DNA from: Methylotenera sp.
GTDB taxonomy: Bacteria; Pseudomonadota; Gammaproteobacteria; Burkholderiales; Methylophilaceae
Direction of reading: 5' to 3'
DNA: 64,000 nt
Assembly: GCA_013141495.1 (NCBI GenBank)
Contig: JABFQV010000014.1
Coordinates: forward strand, 38,724-102,723
Shown: piece after piece, positions 18,893 through 28,355 of the stretch
Numbering within the stretch: position 1 is the stretch's first letter
Layout of the letters: each line of letters opens with the position of its first letter
Translations under genes and position numbers: made by a program
Notes under the pieces: model-generated
Told to the model about the DNA's origin: nothing
Databases searched by the model: none
Seen by the model: the letters and a program-made list of their open reading frames with translations, nothing else

Positions 18893-20068
18893 ATGACTTT
18901 GTCCGTAAAAGAATTGATTGTAGAGGCTGATCGTTGCGTAGCTTGCGGCTTATGTCTTCCACATTGTCCTACTTATAGAAAAACCGGCTCTGAAGCGGAC
19001 TCCCCACGCGGCCGCATACAACTCATGCGTGCCGTAGCGCAAGACATTTTGCCAAATAACGACCGCTTTAAAGCGCATATTGATTTATGTTTAAGCTGCC
19101 GTAGCTGTGAGTCCGCCTGCCCCAACAGTGTTAATTACGGCGCCATCGTTGACACCACCCGCACGCTATATATTCAGAAAAAAAGTGTTTGGATGACGAT
19201 TGCCAAGCCATTTATTCGCCATCGTTATTTAGCAAACTTGCTGGCTTGGCCACTTTGGTTGATACAACACCTAAAATGGAACCGCTTACTACGATGTTTG
19301 CCGCCAGCCGCGAAACACCTGCCTACAATTGTTAAGCCAATGGCATGGAAGCCATTTTACCCAGCAACAACGTTGCATAAAGGTTCGGTAAGTTTATTTT
19401 TAGGCTGCGCCAGCAACACGCTTGATAACCAAACACTCGCGGCTAGTATTTATGTATTAAATAAACTTGGGATTGATGTGCACGTACCAACCCGCCAAAC
19501 TTGCTGTGGCAGCATTGCACGGCAGGCTGGAGATGGTACGGAGGCTACGAAATTAGTCGCCCGTAATGCAGAAAGCTTTGCAGAGAGTATGCCTATACTT
19601 ACCACGGCAAGTGGCTGTGGTGCAGGCCTGAAAGATTATTTACCACAGCATCATGTACAAGACATTAGTGCATTTTTAATGTCGTGTGATTGGTCCGGCA
19701 CGCAGATTGCGGCATTAAAAGAACAAATTTACGTGCAAGACCCCTGCACTTTGCGTAACGTGCTACAAACTCCACAAGCCGTTTATGATTTGCTTAAAAA
19801 AATCCCTGATGCCGACATTCAAGCACTACCCGGCAATAGCCAGTGTTGTGGGGGTGCTGGTGCTTATGTCATCACACAGCAGGATATGGCCAATAAACTA
19901 CGTCATGACAAATTAAACGCCATCAAGATACATCACGTTGCCATCTTGGCTACCTCTAACATCGGTTGCAGCCTGCATATCGCTAAAGGCCTGCGTGAAG
20001 AAAATTTGGATGTTATTGTCATGCACCCGATACTTATTATTGCCAAACAAATGGGATTTGGCGTGTGA
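18893..20068 (+). CDS. glcF: glycolate oxidase iron-sulfur subunit GlcF-like (Fe-S)-binding protein
   Basis: Two ferredoxin-type motifs (CVACGLCLPHCP, CLSCRSCESACP), SPRGRI and two Cys-rich CCG-type regions (CCGS, CCGGAG). Collinear with E. coli GlcF from memory. ATG at 18893 preferred over TTG at 18872. No glcD or glcE lies adjacent. Confidence 0.7.
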   Translation: MTLSVKELIVEADRCVACGLCLPHCPTYRKTGSEADSPRGRIQLMRAVAQDILPNNDRFKAHIDLCLSCRSCESACPNSVNYGAIVDTTRTLYIQKKSVWMTIAKPFIRHRYLANLLAWPLWLIQHLKWNRLLRCLPPAAKHLPTIVKPMAWKPFYPATTLHKGSVSLFLGCASNTLDNQTLAASIYVLNKLGIDVHVPTRQTCCGSIARQAGDGTEATKLVARNAESFAESMPILTTASGCGAGLKDYLPQHHVQDISAFLMSCDWSGTQIAALKEQIYVQDPCTLRNVLQTPQAVYDLLKKIPDADIQALPGNSQCCGGAGAYVITQQDMANKLRHDKLNAIKIHHVAILATSNIGCSLHIAKGLREENLDVIVMHPILIIAKQMGFGV

Positions 20069-20216
20069 ATAGCCAGCTTTCACGCATGAGCCAGTATTTG
20101 GCTTCCCCACTTGACTAAGCCGCTGAAGCGGCAAGTCAAGTGTGAAATAATCTGCTTTAGCAGATATATTCTGTGAGGATGCCAAGCATTAGCAAGGTTT
20201 ACCAGCGCAGCTGGTC

Positions 20217-20301
20217 TAGTTGCGCTTAACAGTTTATTCTGATTAGTAAGACTTGCCGGTTTACCGGCTTAGTTGCGCTTATCAGTTTATTCTGACTGGT
20301 A
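20217..20301. repeat. two 32-nt direct repeats (29/32 identical), each preceded by a small hairpin
   Basis: TAGTTGCGCTTAACAGTTTATTCTGATTAGTA (20217-20248) and TAGTTGCGCTTATCAGTTTATTCTGACTGGTA (20270-20301). The preceding hairpins are ACCAGC-gca-GCTGGT and GCCGG-ttta-CCGGC. Confidence 0.8.
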
Positions 20302-20369
20302 TAGCTGGCATATTCCACGGACAAGCCAAGTACTGGCTTAAGCCGGTCATTTAAGCGTAAAATGTAACC

Positions 20370-21005
20370 ATGAAAAGCCTATTTACTTTAGATCGACTCA
20401 TCACCGAATTCGACACGGGGTTGCGTACATTGCTCGCAAAACCGCATAGCCAAAGAGCGCATCCTGATGCTGGGGTTGCTGAAGCGGCATTAACCGCGCC
20501 TGAAAAAAAACATGTGAGCGCGCTGATGCGCATTAATCATACCGGTGAAGTTTGCGCACAAGCGCTGTATAGCGGCCAAGCGCTTACCGCACGCGATGAG
20601 GCAACAAGCCGCGCCATGCAACAAGCCGCACGCGAAGAAACTGAACATCTCGCATGGTGTGAAACACGAATTCATCAGCTTGGCGGTCGCACCAGTGTGC
20701 TCAACCCGTTATTTTATGCCGGCTCATTTGCACTGGGGTCAATCGCGGGCGCATTAGGTGATAAATGGAGCTTGGGCTTTTTAGAAGAAACCGAGAAGCA
20801 AGTGGGCGCACACTTAGCCAGCCACCTCGAACAATTACCGGAATCTGATCATAAATCGCGCAAGATTATTGAACAAATGCAGATTGATGAAGCCAAACAT
20901 GCGCATGATGCAAAACAGTATGGCGCAGCAGCGCTACCCGCACCGATTAAATTTTGCATGAAACAAGCCTCCAGGCTCATGACAACTTCCACTTATTATT
21001 TGTAG
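20370..21005 (+). CDS. coq7: demethoxyubiquinone hydroxylase (di-iron Coq7)
   Basis: 211 aa with RINHTGEVCAQALYSGQA, EETEHL and DEAKHAHDA, which are di-iron carboxylate ExxH motifs typical of bacterial Coq7. Confidence 0.88.
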   Translation: MKSLFTLDRLITEFDTGLRTLLAKPHSQRAHPDAGVAEAALTAPEKKHVSALMRINHTGEVCAQALYSGQALTARDEATSRAMQQAAREETEHLAWCETRIHQLGGRTSVLNPLFYAGSFALGSIAGALGDKWSLGFLEETEKQVGAHLASHLEQLPESDHKSRKIIEQMQIDEAKHAHDAKQYGAAALPAPIKFCMKQASRLMTTSTYYL

Positions 21006-21042
21006 CTACCCATTATTTTTTAGGTAAAAGGCACCCATATTC

Positions 21043-21366
21043 ATGCAAAAATTTAGCGATGTATTACAAACATTAGACGATGCCTCGCACGTAGCACGCA
21101 TTGAGCTTTACAACAAAGACGGCAGTTCTGCGGGGGTCATTGAAAACAAACCCGGTAGCCAAGGCTCTATAAAAGTTTATTATCATCTGGCACGCATGTA
21201 TGATGAAATTTCCTTAGATGCCGCAGTTGAAGGGCTAAGCCTTTATGCCGAGCATACTGAAGATGCTGAAAACTGCCCAGGCAAGCACCCTAATGTAGAT
21301 AGGCTGCTCAATATTTTAGAAGATGAACAACCGCTTTCAGTAAAGGTATTTGAAACTAAAGCGTAA
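21043..21366 (+). CDS. conserved hypothetical protein
   Basis: 107-aa ORF with host-like codon usage and a terminator downstream. No family recognised. Confidence 0.5.
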   Translation: MQKFSDVLQTLDDASHVARIELYNKDGSSAGVIENKPGSQGSIKVYYHLARMYDEISLDAAVEGLSLYAEHTEDAENCPGKHPNVDRLLNILEDEQPLSVKVFETKA

Positions 21367-21392
21367 TTTTTTTATTTACGCTGGGTTTAAAC

Positions 21393-21432
21393 AAAAACCG
21401 AGGGGATAAACTATTCATCCCCTCGATTTTTT
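21393..21432. terminator. bidirectional rho-independent terminator
   Basis: CGAGGGGAT-loop-ATCCCCTCG flanked by an A-run and ATTTTTT, between convergent genes. Confidence 0.75.
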
Positions 21433-21462
21433 ACAGCCAATTTAAAAAGAACCTTACCTTTA

Positions 21463-21897
21463 TTAACCTGCCGTTGTAAAAGGTTTGATTTCAAAGTCAT
21501 GCGTAATTTCTACGCTTTTACTGAGCATAATAGACGCAGAGCAATATTTTTCAGCCGACAACTTGATGGCACGCTCAACTTGCACGGCATTCAAATGATC
21601 ACCCGTTACCACAAAATGTACGTGAATTTTGGTAAACACTTTAGGCACTTCATCCGCACGTGTTGCATCAATTTCTGCTACGCAATCTACGATAGGCTGA
21701 CGCGCTTTTTTAAGAATAGCCACCACATCAAACGAAGTGCAACCACCCATGCCAATCAATAACATTTCCATTGGACGCATGCCGATATTGCGCCCACCAT
21801 TCTCAGGGGCGCCATCCAGCACAACAGCATGACCAGTTTCCGATTCACCCACAAAACTGACACCATCAATCCATTTAACACTTACTTTCATTTCCAT
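21463..21897 (-). CDS. OsmC family peroxiredoxin-like protein
   Basis: 144 aa with RPMEMLLIGMGGCTSFDV and EKYCSAS, the two conserved Cys regions of OsmC/Ohr. Confidence 0.8.
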   Translation of the reverse strand: MEMKVSVKWIDGVSFVGESETGHAVVLDGAPENGGRNIGMRPMEMLLIGMGGCTSFDVVAILKKARQPIVDCVAEIDATRADEVPKVFTKIHVHFVVTGDHLNAVQVERAIKLSAEKYCSASIMLSKSVEITHDFEIKPFTTAG

Positions 21898-21985
21898 CTC
21901 CAGTAGGCGCGCAGTTCATTGCGCGAAAGCAATATTGAGTTAATCGTCATCGCTTTCGCAATTTAAAAATTGCTCCTACAAAAAT

Positions 21986-22474
21986 TTACTTAACGCCTAA
22001 TAATTCCACATCAAAAATCAAGTCAGCATTCGGTGGAATCGCCCCACCCGCACCGCGGGCACCGTAGCCCATTTCTGAAGGGATAACTAGCGTACGTTTA
22101 CCGCCGATTTTCATGCCGGCAAAACCTTCATCCCAACCCTGAATCACTTGACCACCACCTAAAAAGAAAACAAAAGGTTGATTACGGTCTAGACTGCTAT
22201 CAAATTTCTTACCTTTATTACCCTCTGCTGATGCATCATAAAGCCAACCGGTGTAATGTACCGTAACGTTAAAGCCCGGCTCTGCCTCACGGCCTGTGCC
22301 TACCTGTGTGTCAATTTTTTTAAGCTCTGTCACTTGAGCCTCCGTAATTTTTTCAGTCATTGCTGCTGCATCCTTTGCTGTTGATTGATTGGTATTTGCT
22401 TTATTCGATTCAGCCTGACATGCACTTAAACCCAATACACAAATACCTGCTAATAATGTACTTAGTAATTTCAT
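21986..22474 (-). CDS. FKBP-type peptidyl-prolyl cis-trans isomerase, lipoprotein
   Basis: Lipobox LGLSAC. The FKBP core is VTVHYTGWL..G..FDSS.DR..PF.F.LG.GQVI.GWDEG..GMK.GGKR.L.IP...YG. Confidence 0.88.
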   Translation of the reverse strand: MKLLSTLLAGICVLGLSACQAESNKANTNQSTAKDAAAMTEKITEAQVTELKKIDTQVGTGREAEPGFNVTVHYTGWLYDASAEGNKGKKFDSSLDRNQPFVFFLGGGQVIQGWDEGFAGMKIGGKRTLVIPSEMGYGARGAGGAIPPNADLIFDVELLGVK

Positions 22475-22578
22475 TTCCGTTAGTATCCCGTTAGTATCGT
22501 ATCTAGGTTAAACAAGTTAAATAAGCTTTAAGCGTAATGATACTGTAAAACAGCTCAAATTGAGTAGAATACAAATGC

Positions 22579-23982
22579 TTAGGGTTGCTGGTGTACCCAC
22601 TCAATTAACGCATCTTGCGCAGTTCTACTTGCCGACGCTTTGGCATGATTAACCATCATCACCAATACATGACGATGCCCATTTGCATCCAGCACATAGC
22701 CCGCAATAGCATTGACGCCATTGAGTGAGCCGGTTTTTAAATGCGCGCGCCCATTCGACAGGCTATCTTTTAAGCGCCCAATCACCGTGCCATCTTTTGA
22801 GAGTATTGGCATGGAGGCTAGTAATTCCGGCATCACGGCGCCATGGTAAGCACTCACCAACATTTGCCCCAAATGCTCGGCACTGATGCGCTCTACCCGT
22901 GACAAGCCTGAACCATTTTCAATCACCAGTTCATCAAACCGCAACCCTTTACTTGCCAGCCAAATCTTAACAGCCTCGCTACCTTTAGCTTCGGTTGCAG
23001 GCGCGCCGCTATTTTCTACAGCCATTGTTAACAACAATTGCCGTGCCATTAAATTGTTACTCCACTTATTGATGTCGCGCACCACATAGCCTAATGGATC
23101 AGACGCTTGCTCAATGACTTTAATGGCGGTGGCTGGTGTTGCCTGAACTTTAAGCGCACCATCGAATTTTCCGCCCAGCTCTCGCCATAGTTTTTTAAAC
23201 GTATAAAAAGCATATTTTTCATCATCAAAAATACTCAGTTCCAAGTATTTTTCACCGCAATCAGGTGTATAACTACCGCTAAATGTCACTGTTGCCCTGT
23301 TATCAAAGGTATTCACAACATAACGCATGTCGTTACGCCATGCACCACAGTCACCTTGTTTAAGTATCATGTTATTGATAATTTGCAGTTCTGGCAGTTC
23401 AAATTCTTGATCGATGTTGATGTCGCCTTCACCCACCGAGAACTTAAAACTGGTACTGCGACCATTGACCAAAAAAGCACTGGGCGTTGCGTTATAAGCA
23501 CGCCAGGTTTCATCATCAAACGTATTGATGTCATCTGCATTTTTTTCAAACACAGTTTTATCAATAACAAAATCGCCCTTGATTTGTTTAACTCCCGCTT
23601 GCTGCAAACTCATCAGTAGCCGCCAAAACTCTTGCGCCTTAAAGCTGGGGTCACCATAACCTTTGATGATTAAATCACCGTCTAATACACCGTTCTTCAC
23701 GCTACCATTTTTGTAAACTTCAGTTTTCCAGCGATAAATAGGTGTCAGCAACTCCAGTGCGGCATTAGTGGTCACCAATTTCATCACCGAGGCCGGATTT
23801 AAACTTTTATCCGCGTTATCACTCAAAATCGGACTATCGCTGTCAACCGCTTGTACATACACAGCAACACTTTGTTGTGGAATACCAGCATTTTTAAGCG
23901 CGTCCGCTACGCTGGCAGGCAGCCCTGCATGGGTAGGCGCACCCACCAACATTAAGCTTAAAAAGACCAATAGCCCTTTCAT
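22579..23982 (-). CDS. dacB: D-alanyl-D-alanine carboxypeptidase/endopeptidase (PBP4)
   Basis: 467 aa with a signal peptide, the SxxK motif in NPASVMKL, SNN in KWSNNLMA and KTG in HLKTGSL. 4-nt overlap with the bioA stop. Confidence 0.88.
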   Translation of the reverse strand: MKGLLVFLSLMLVGAPTHAGLPASVADALKNAGIPQQSVAVYVQAVDSDSPILSDNADKSLNPASVMKLVTTNAALELLTPIYRWKTEVYKNGSVKNGVLDGDLIIKGYGDPSFKAQEFWRLLMSLQQAGVKQIKGDFVIDKTVFEKNADDINTFDDETWRAYNATPSAFLVNGRSTSFKFSVGEGDINIDQEFELPELQIINNMILKQGDCGAWRNDMRYVVNTFDNRATVTFSGSYTPDCGEKYLELSIFDDEKYAFYTFKKLWRELGGKFDGALKVQATPATAIKVIEQASDPLGYVVRDINKWSNNLMARQLLLTMAVENSGAPATEAKGSEAVKIWLASKGLRFDELVIENGSGLSRVERISAEHLGQMLVSAYHGAVMPELLASMPILSKDGTVIGRLKDSLSNGRAHLKTGSLNGVNAIAGYVLDANGHRHVLVMMVNHAKASASRTAQDALIEWVHQQP

Positions 23983-25283
23983 TGCGACGCCTTTACTACG
24001 TCGTAAGTGGCACTGATCGTAAAGTCTATTTCATCCTCGGCAATGGTGTACGGCGGCATAAAGTAAATCGTGTTGCCGATGGGTCGCAACAACAACCCTC
24101 GCTGCAATGCGGCCTGATAACCAAACGTTGAAAACTGAGCATTTTGTGCCACCACATCAAAGGCGAATATCATGCCTTGATGTCGCAAATGCTTAATTGG
24201 AAGGTGAGTGAGCACTTGCATCTTATTCACAATAGAAGCGGATTTTTCAAGATTTTTATGCACAATATTATCTGATTCAAAAATCGCTAACGTTGCCAAT
24301 GCCGCACTACATGCCAGCGGATTACCTGTATAGCTATGGCTATGCAAAAAACCTTTTGCAGTGCTGTCAGCATAAAAAGCCTGATAGATTTTATCGGTTG
24401 TCAGCACTGCGGATAGCGGCAAATAACCGCCGGTGATGCCTTTGGAAAGACAAATAAAATCCGGAAGTATTTCACCTTGCTCACAAGCAAACATTGTCCC
24501 CGTGCGCCCAAACCCCACTGCAATTTCATCTGCAATCAAATGCACCTCGTACTGCGTGCAAATCTCTCTTGCGCGGCGTAAATATGTAGCGTGATACATG
24601 CCCATGCCTGCCGCACACTGCACTAACGGCTCGATAATAAATGCCGCTAACTCCGCATGATGCTCACTCACATAAAATTCCAACGCTTCTGCACAGCGCA
24701 GCGCAAAAGCCTCAGCGCCCTCACCCGCTTCGCTCAACCTAAAATCAGGGCTAGGCATTTGTGCAGACTGCATTAACAGCGGCGCATAAGTATCTTTAAA
24801 AATGGCCACATCGGTCACACCCAATGCGCCTAATGTCTCACCGTGGTAACTATTTTGCAGGCTAATAAACTTATTTTTACTACTTTTACCGCTATTACGC
24901 CAATAATGAAAACTCATCTTCAATGCAATTTCAGTGGCACTCGCGCCATCACTTGCATAAAATGCATGACCTAAACCCGTGAGCTTGCCTAATTTCTCAG
25001 ATAATTCCACTACAGGTTCATGCGTAAAACCTGCCAACATCACATGCTCCAACGTATCTAACTGCTGCTTGATTGCCTCTTTAATACGCGGATTATTATG
25101 CCCAAATAAATTCACCCACCACGAACTTACCGCATCTAAATAACGTTTGCCTTCAGCGTCATAAAGCCAAACGCCATCGCCACGCGCAATAGGAACAAGT
25201 GGAAAAGCCTCGTGCTGCTTCATCTGTGTGCAAGGATGCCAGACTGCCTGTAGGCTACGTTTCAAAATATCTTGATTTCTCAT
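23979..25283 (-). CDS. bioA: adenosylmethionine-8-amino-7-oxononanoate aminotransferase
   Basis: 434 aa with VWHPCTQMK, SSWWVNLFGH, ADEIAVGFGRTG and the PLP lysine in CLSKGITGGYLP. Confidence 0.9.
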   Translation of the reverse strand: MRNQDILKRSLQAVWHPCTQMKQHEAFPLVPIARGDGVWLYDAEGKRYLDAVSSWWVNLFGHNNPRIKEAIKQQLDTLEHVMLAGFTHEPVVELSEKLGKLTGLGHAFYASDGASATEIALKMSFHYWRNSGKSSKNKFISLQNSYHGETLGALGVTDVAIFKDTYAPLLMQSAQMPSPDFRLSEAGEGAEAFALRCAEALEFYVSEHHAELAAFIIEPLVQCAAGMGMYHATYLRRAREICTQYEVHLIADEIAVGFGRTGTMFACEQGEILPDFICLSKGITGGYLPLSAVLTTDKIYQAFYADSTAKGFLHSHSYTGNPLACSAALATLAIFESDNIVHKNLEKSASIVNKMQVLTHLPIKHLRHQGMIFAFDVVAQNAQFSTFGYQAALQRGLLLRPIGNTIYFMPPYTIAEDEIDFTISATYDVVKASQ

Positions 25284-25384
25284 GACTGAATTGTACGATG
25301 TTTTTCATGCAGTTATAAATCAAATGTCGTCATATACTTTTGTTTAGTCTAAAATTCAACCTCAACCAATATTGCTAATATCCC

Positions 25385-27304
25385 ATGCAAAAAAGCCATA
25401 TCAAATCTAGACGTCACCTCGAACTTCTCGCCCCCGCCAAAAACGCAGACTTTGGCATTGAGGCGATCAATCATGGGGCAGATGCTGTGTATATTGGCGG
25501 GCCAGCGTTTGGGGCGCGGGCTAAAGTGCCGAATACGATTGAAGACATCGCGCGATTAGTCAAACATGCGCATCGCTACCATGCGGAAATTTTTGTTGCG
25601 CTGAACACGATCTTTCATGATAACGAACTAGAGGCTGCGCGTAAGTTGGTGTTTCAACTTTACGATGCTGGGGTGGATGCGCTGATTGTGCAGGATATGG
25701 GTCTGCTGGAAATGGATTTGCCGCCGATTCAGTTACACGCCAGCACGCAAACAGATATTCGCACCGTTGAAAAGGCCGTGTTTTTAGATCAAGTCGGGTT
25801 TTCGCAACTGGTGTTGGCGCGCGAGTTGGATTTACACAGCATACAAAAAATTTCAGCCGCAACAAGTTGCAACTTGGAGTATTTTATTCATGGCGCTTTA
25901 TGCGTGGCATTTAGCGGACAATGTTTTATCAGCCATGCACACACCGGGCGCAGTGCCAATCGTGGCGAATGTTCGCAAGAGTGTCGCTTGCCTTTTACCC
26001 TGGAAGACCAAAAAGGTCGCATTATCGGCAAAGATAAACACTTTTTATCGATGAAAGATAACGACCAAAGCACCAACCTGCGCGCCTTGATTGACGCTGG
26101 TGTGAGCTCATTTAAAATTGAGGGACGCTACAAAGATTTATCTTATGTTAAAAATGCCACCGCGCATTATCGGCAGTTGTTGGATGAAATCTTGCATGAT
26201 CGGCCGGAGTTGGCTAAATCATCGCATGGTGACAGTATTTTCACCTTTCACCCGCAACCCGAAAAAACCTTTAACCGTAGCGCGACAGACTATTTTGTGA
26301 ATGGTCGCCAAGCGGATATTGGTGCGTTTGATACGCCTAAATTTTCGGGTGAGGCGCTGGGTAAAGTATCAAAAGTAGGCAAAGATTTTTTTGAGGTTGA
26401 CACCGATGTACAGTTACACAACGGCGATGGCGTGTGCTTTTTTGATGTGCATAAAGCGCTGGTTGGCCTGCGCGTAAATACCGTGGATGGCACAAAACTT
26501 TACCCGAATGAAATGCCGACAGATATGCGCCGTGGCATGGAGGTTTACCGTAACCGCGACCACGCTTTTATGCGGTTGCTAGAGAAAGATTCTGCGCAAC
26601 GCAAAATACCGGTGAGCATGACTTTATCTGAAACGCCCGATGGCTTTGCACTAACCGTAACGGATGAAGCCGGGTTTAGCGCCACCGCACATAGCGCCGC
26701 TGAAAAACAATCTGCGCAGAACCTAGAAAAAGCAGAAAGTAGCCTGCGTGAGAATCTGAGCAAATTAGGCGGCACTGACTTTATTACGCAAGCGATTAAC
26801 CTTGAAATTTCACAAATGTGGTTTGTGCCAGCATCAATCATCAATAGCTTAAGGCGCAATGCTATTGATCAGCTCGTGCAGACACGCAACGAGGGCCATC
26901 AACGCCCACCACGCCGTGAGCCGGTTCAACCATTGGCAATTTATCCTGAAGACACCTTAAGCTATCTCGCCAATGTCTATAACAAAAAAGCGCGCGCTTT
27001 TTATGAAAAGCATGGCGTCAAGCTCATAGCCGCCGCTTATGAAGCCAATAAAGAGTTAGACGAAGTGCCGCTGATGATTACCAAACACTGCCTGCGCTTT
27101 AGCCACGGCCTATGCCCCAAAGAAGCTAAAGGCGTGATTGGCGTACAAGGCACGGTGACCGCCGAGCCGATGACCCTGATTAACGGCAATGATAGATTTA
27201 CACTGAAATTTGACTGCAAACCTTGTGAAATGCATGTGATGGGGAAAATCCGTAAGCCGGTACTGCACATGGCACCACCACAGGTGGTCAAGTTTTTTAA
27301 ATGA
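25385..27304 (+). CDS. rlhA: U32-family protein, 23S rRNA 5-hydroxycytidine synthase RlhA (YdcP)-like
   Basis: 639 aa, collinear from memory with E. coli YdcP: LELLAPAKNA..AI.HGADAVYIGGP.FGAR, FIHGALCVAFSGQCFISHA.TGRSANRGECSQECRLP, SFKIEGRYKD.SYVKN and the C-terminal KFDCKPCEMHV. Confidence 0.75.
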   Translation: MQKSHIKSRRHLELLAPAKNADFGIEAINHGADAVYIGGPAFGARAKVPNTIEDIARLVKHAHRYHAEIFVALNTIFHDNELEAARKLVFQLYDAGVDALIVQDMGLLEMDLPPIQLHASTQTDIRTVEKAVFLDQVGFSQLVLARELDLHSIQKISAATSCNLEYFIHGALCVAFSGQCFISHAHTGRSANRGECSQECRLPFTLEDQKGRIIGKDKHFLSMKDNDQSTNLRALIDAGVSSFKIEGRYKDLSYVKNATAHYRQLLDEILHDRPELAKSSHGDSIFTFHPQPEKTFNRSATDYFVNGRQADIGAFDTPKFSGEALGKVSKVGKDFFEVDTDVQLHNGDGVCFFDVHKALVGLRVNTVDGTKLYPNEMPTDMRRGMEVYRNRDHAFMRLLEKDSAQRKIPVSMTLSETPDGFALTVTDEAGFSATAHSAAEKQSAQNLEKAESSLRENLSKLGGTDFITQAINLEISQMWFVPASIINSLRRNAIDQLVQTRNEGHQRPPRREPVQPLAIYPEDTLSYLANVYNKKARAFYEKHGVKLIAAAYEANKELDEVPLMITKHCLRFSHGLCPKEAKGVIGVQGTVTAEPMTLINGNDRFTLKFDCKPCEMHVMGKIRKPVLHMAPPQVVKFFK

Positions 27305-27404
27305 CAAACAAAAATTAAGCGCTAGAAAATCCGAAACTAGCGCTCAAATCTAGGCTTTTACATCAAGACTAAGAATCTTTGGGGTGTTGTAATTACGGAG
27401 TTAG

Positions 27405-28328
27405 TTACAGCTCACTTAGGCTTTTAATATGAGCCATGACACTGCGACCCAATGCATGCAAGGCATATCCACCTTCAAGCGCTGATACAATTCTGCCATT
27501 AGCATGTTGCTTGGCAATATCTTTGAGTTGCTCTGTCACCCAAAAGTAATCTGCCTCGCGCAAGGCTAGACCGCCCATGTCATCTTCCCAATGCGCATCA
27601 AATCCGGCAGAGATCAATAGCAATTGTGGCTGAAAATACGTTAAGGCCGGTAACCAATGCTTGGTTACCGCAGCCCGAAATTCCACACCTGAGCTACCGG
27701 CAATAAGCGGCACGTTGATGATGTGGTTATTGCCAGTTTCAGCACCGCTGTATGGATAATAAGGATGCCGAAAAGTTGAACACAGCATCACGCGCGGGTC
27801 GTCATGAAAAATATCCTCTGTGCCATCTCCATGATGCACATCAAAGTCGGCAATGGCTACACGTTGCAAGCCGTGGTGTTCCAAAGCATATGCGGCAGCG
27901 GCAGCCACATTATTAAAGATACAAAAGCCCGATGCGCGACTTCGCCCGGCATGGTGACCTGGAGGCCGAATGTTGCAAAAAGCATTTTTCACTTGCCCGG
28001 ACATCACAAGATCGACACCCTTGATGACCGCACCCGCCGCATGTAAGGCCGCATTTAGAGAATATGGATTCATTAAAGTATCGCCGTCAAGCTCTACCAC
28101 GCCTGTAGATGGAGATTGGCTGAACACCCAGTCGATATACTCGGTTGTGTGTACACGCGCCAACGCTGTTTTGCTTGCTTGGGGAGCTTCATGATGACTG
28201 AGAAAATCCAGCAACCCTGATGCGATAAGTTGATCTTCAATCGCATGCATACGCGCAGGAGATTCAGGATGACCCTCGCCCATATCATGTTTAAGGCAGG
28301 CTGGATGGGTAATGTAAGCGGTATGCAT
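27405..28328 (-). CDS. histone deacetylase-family (class II-like) protein/polyamine deacetylase
   Basis: 307 aa with PPGHHA, FCIFNNVA, DFDVHHGDGT and EGGY, the Zn-dependent deacetylase signature. Confidence 0.88.
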   Translation of the reverse strand: MHTAYITHPACLKHDMGEGHPESPARMHAIEDQLIASGLLDFLSHHEAPQASKTALARVHTTEYIDWVFSQSPSTGVVELDGDTLMNPYSLNAALHAAGAVIKGVDLVMSGQVKNAFCNIRPPGHHAGRSRASGFCIFNNVAAAAAYALEHHGLQRVAIADFDVHHGDGTEDIFHDDPRVMLCSTFRHPYYPYSGAETGNNHIINVPLIAGSSGVEFRAAVTKHWLPALTYFQPQLLLISAGFDAHWEDDMGGLALREADYFWVTEQLKDIAKQHANGRIVSALEGGYALHALGRSVMAHIKSLSEL

Positions 28329-28355
28329 ATTGGCTTAATTACGATTAATCTAAGG

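Noticed and set aside
18863-18895. TATAAT box (18881-18886) 6 nt upstream of the glcF ATG, suggesting a leaderless transcript
   Set aside because: The only -35-like hexamer (TTGAAA, 18863-18868) is 12 nt away, which is too short a spacer. This is speculative without TSS data.
20085-20345. Possible CRISPR array or tRNA-like element in the glcF-coq7 intergenic region
   Set aside because: There are only two repeat copies with a single 21-nt interval between them, no cas genes and no cloverleaf. It is kept as a regulatory/repeat finding instead.
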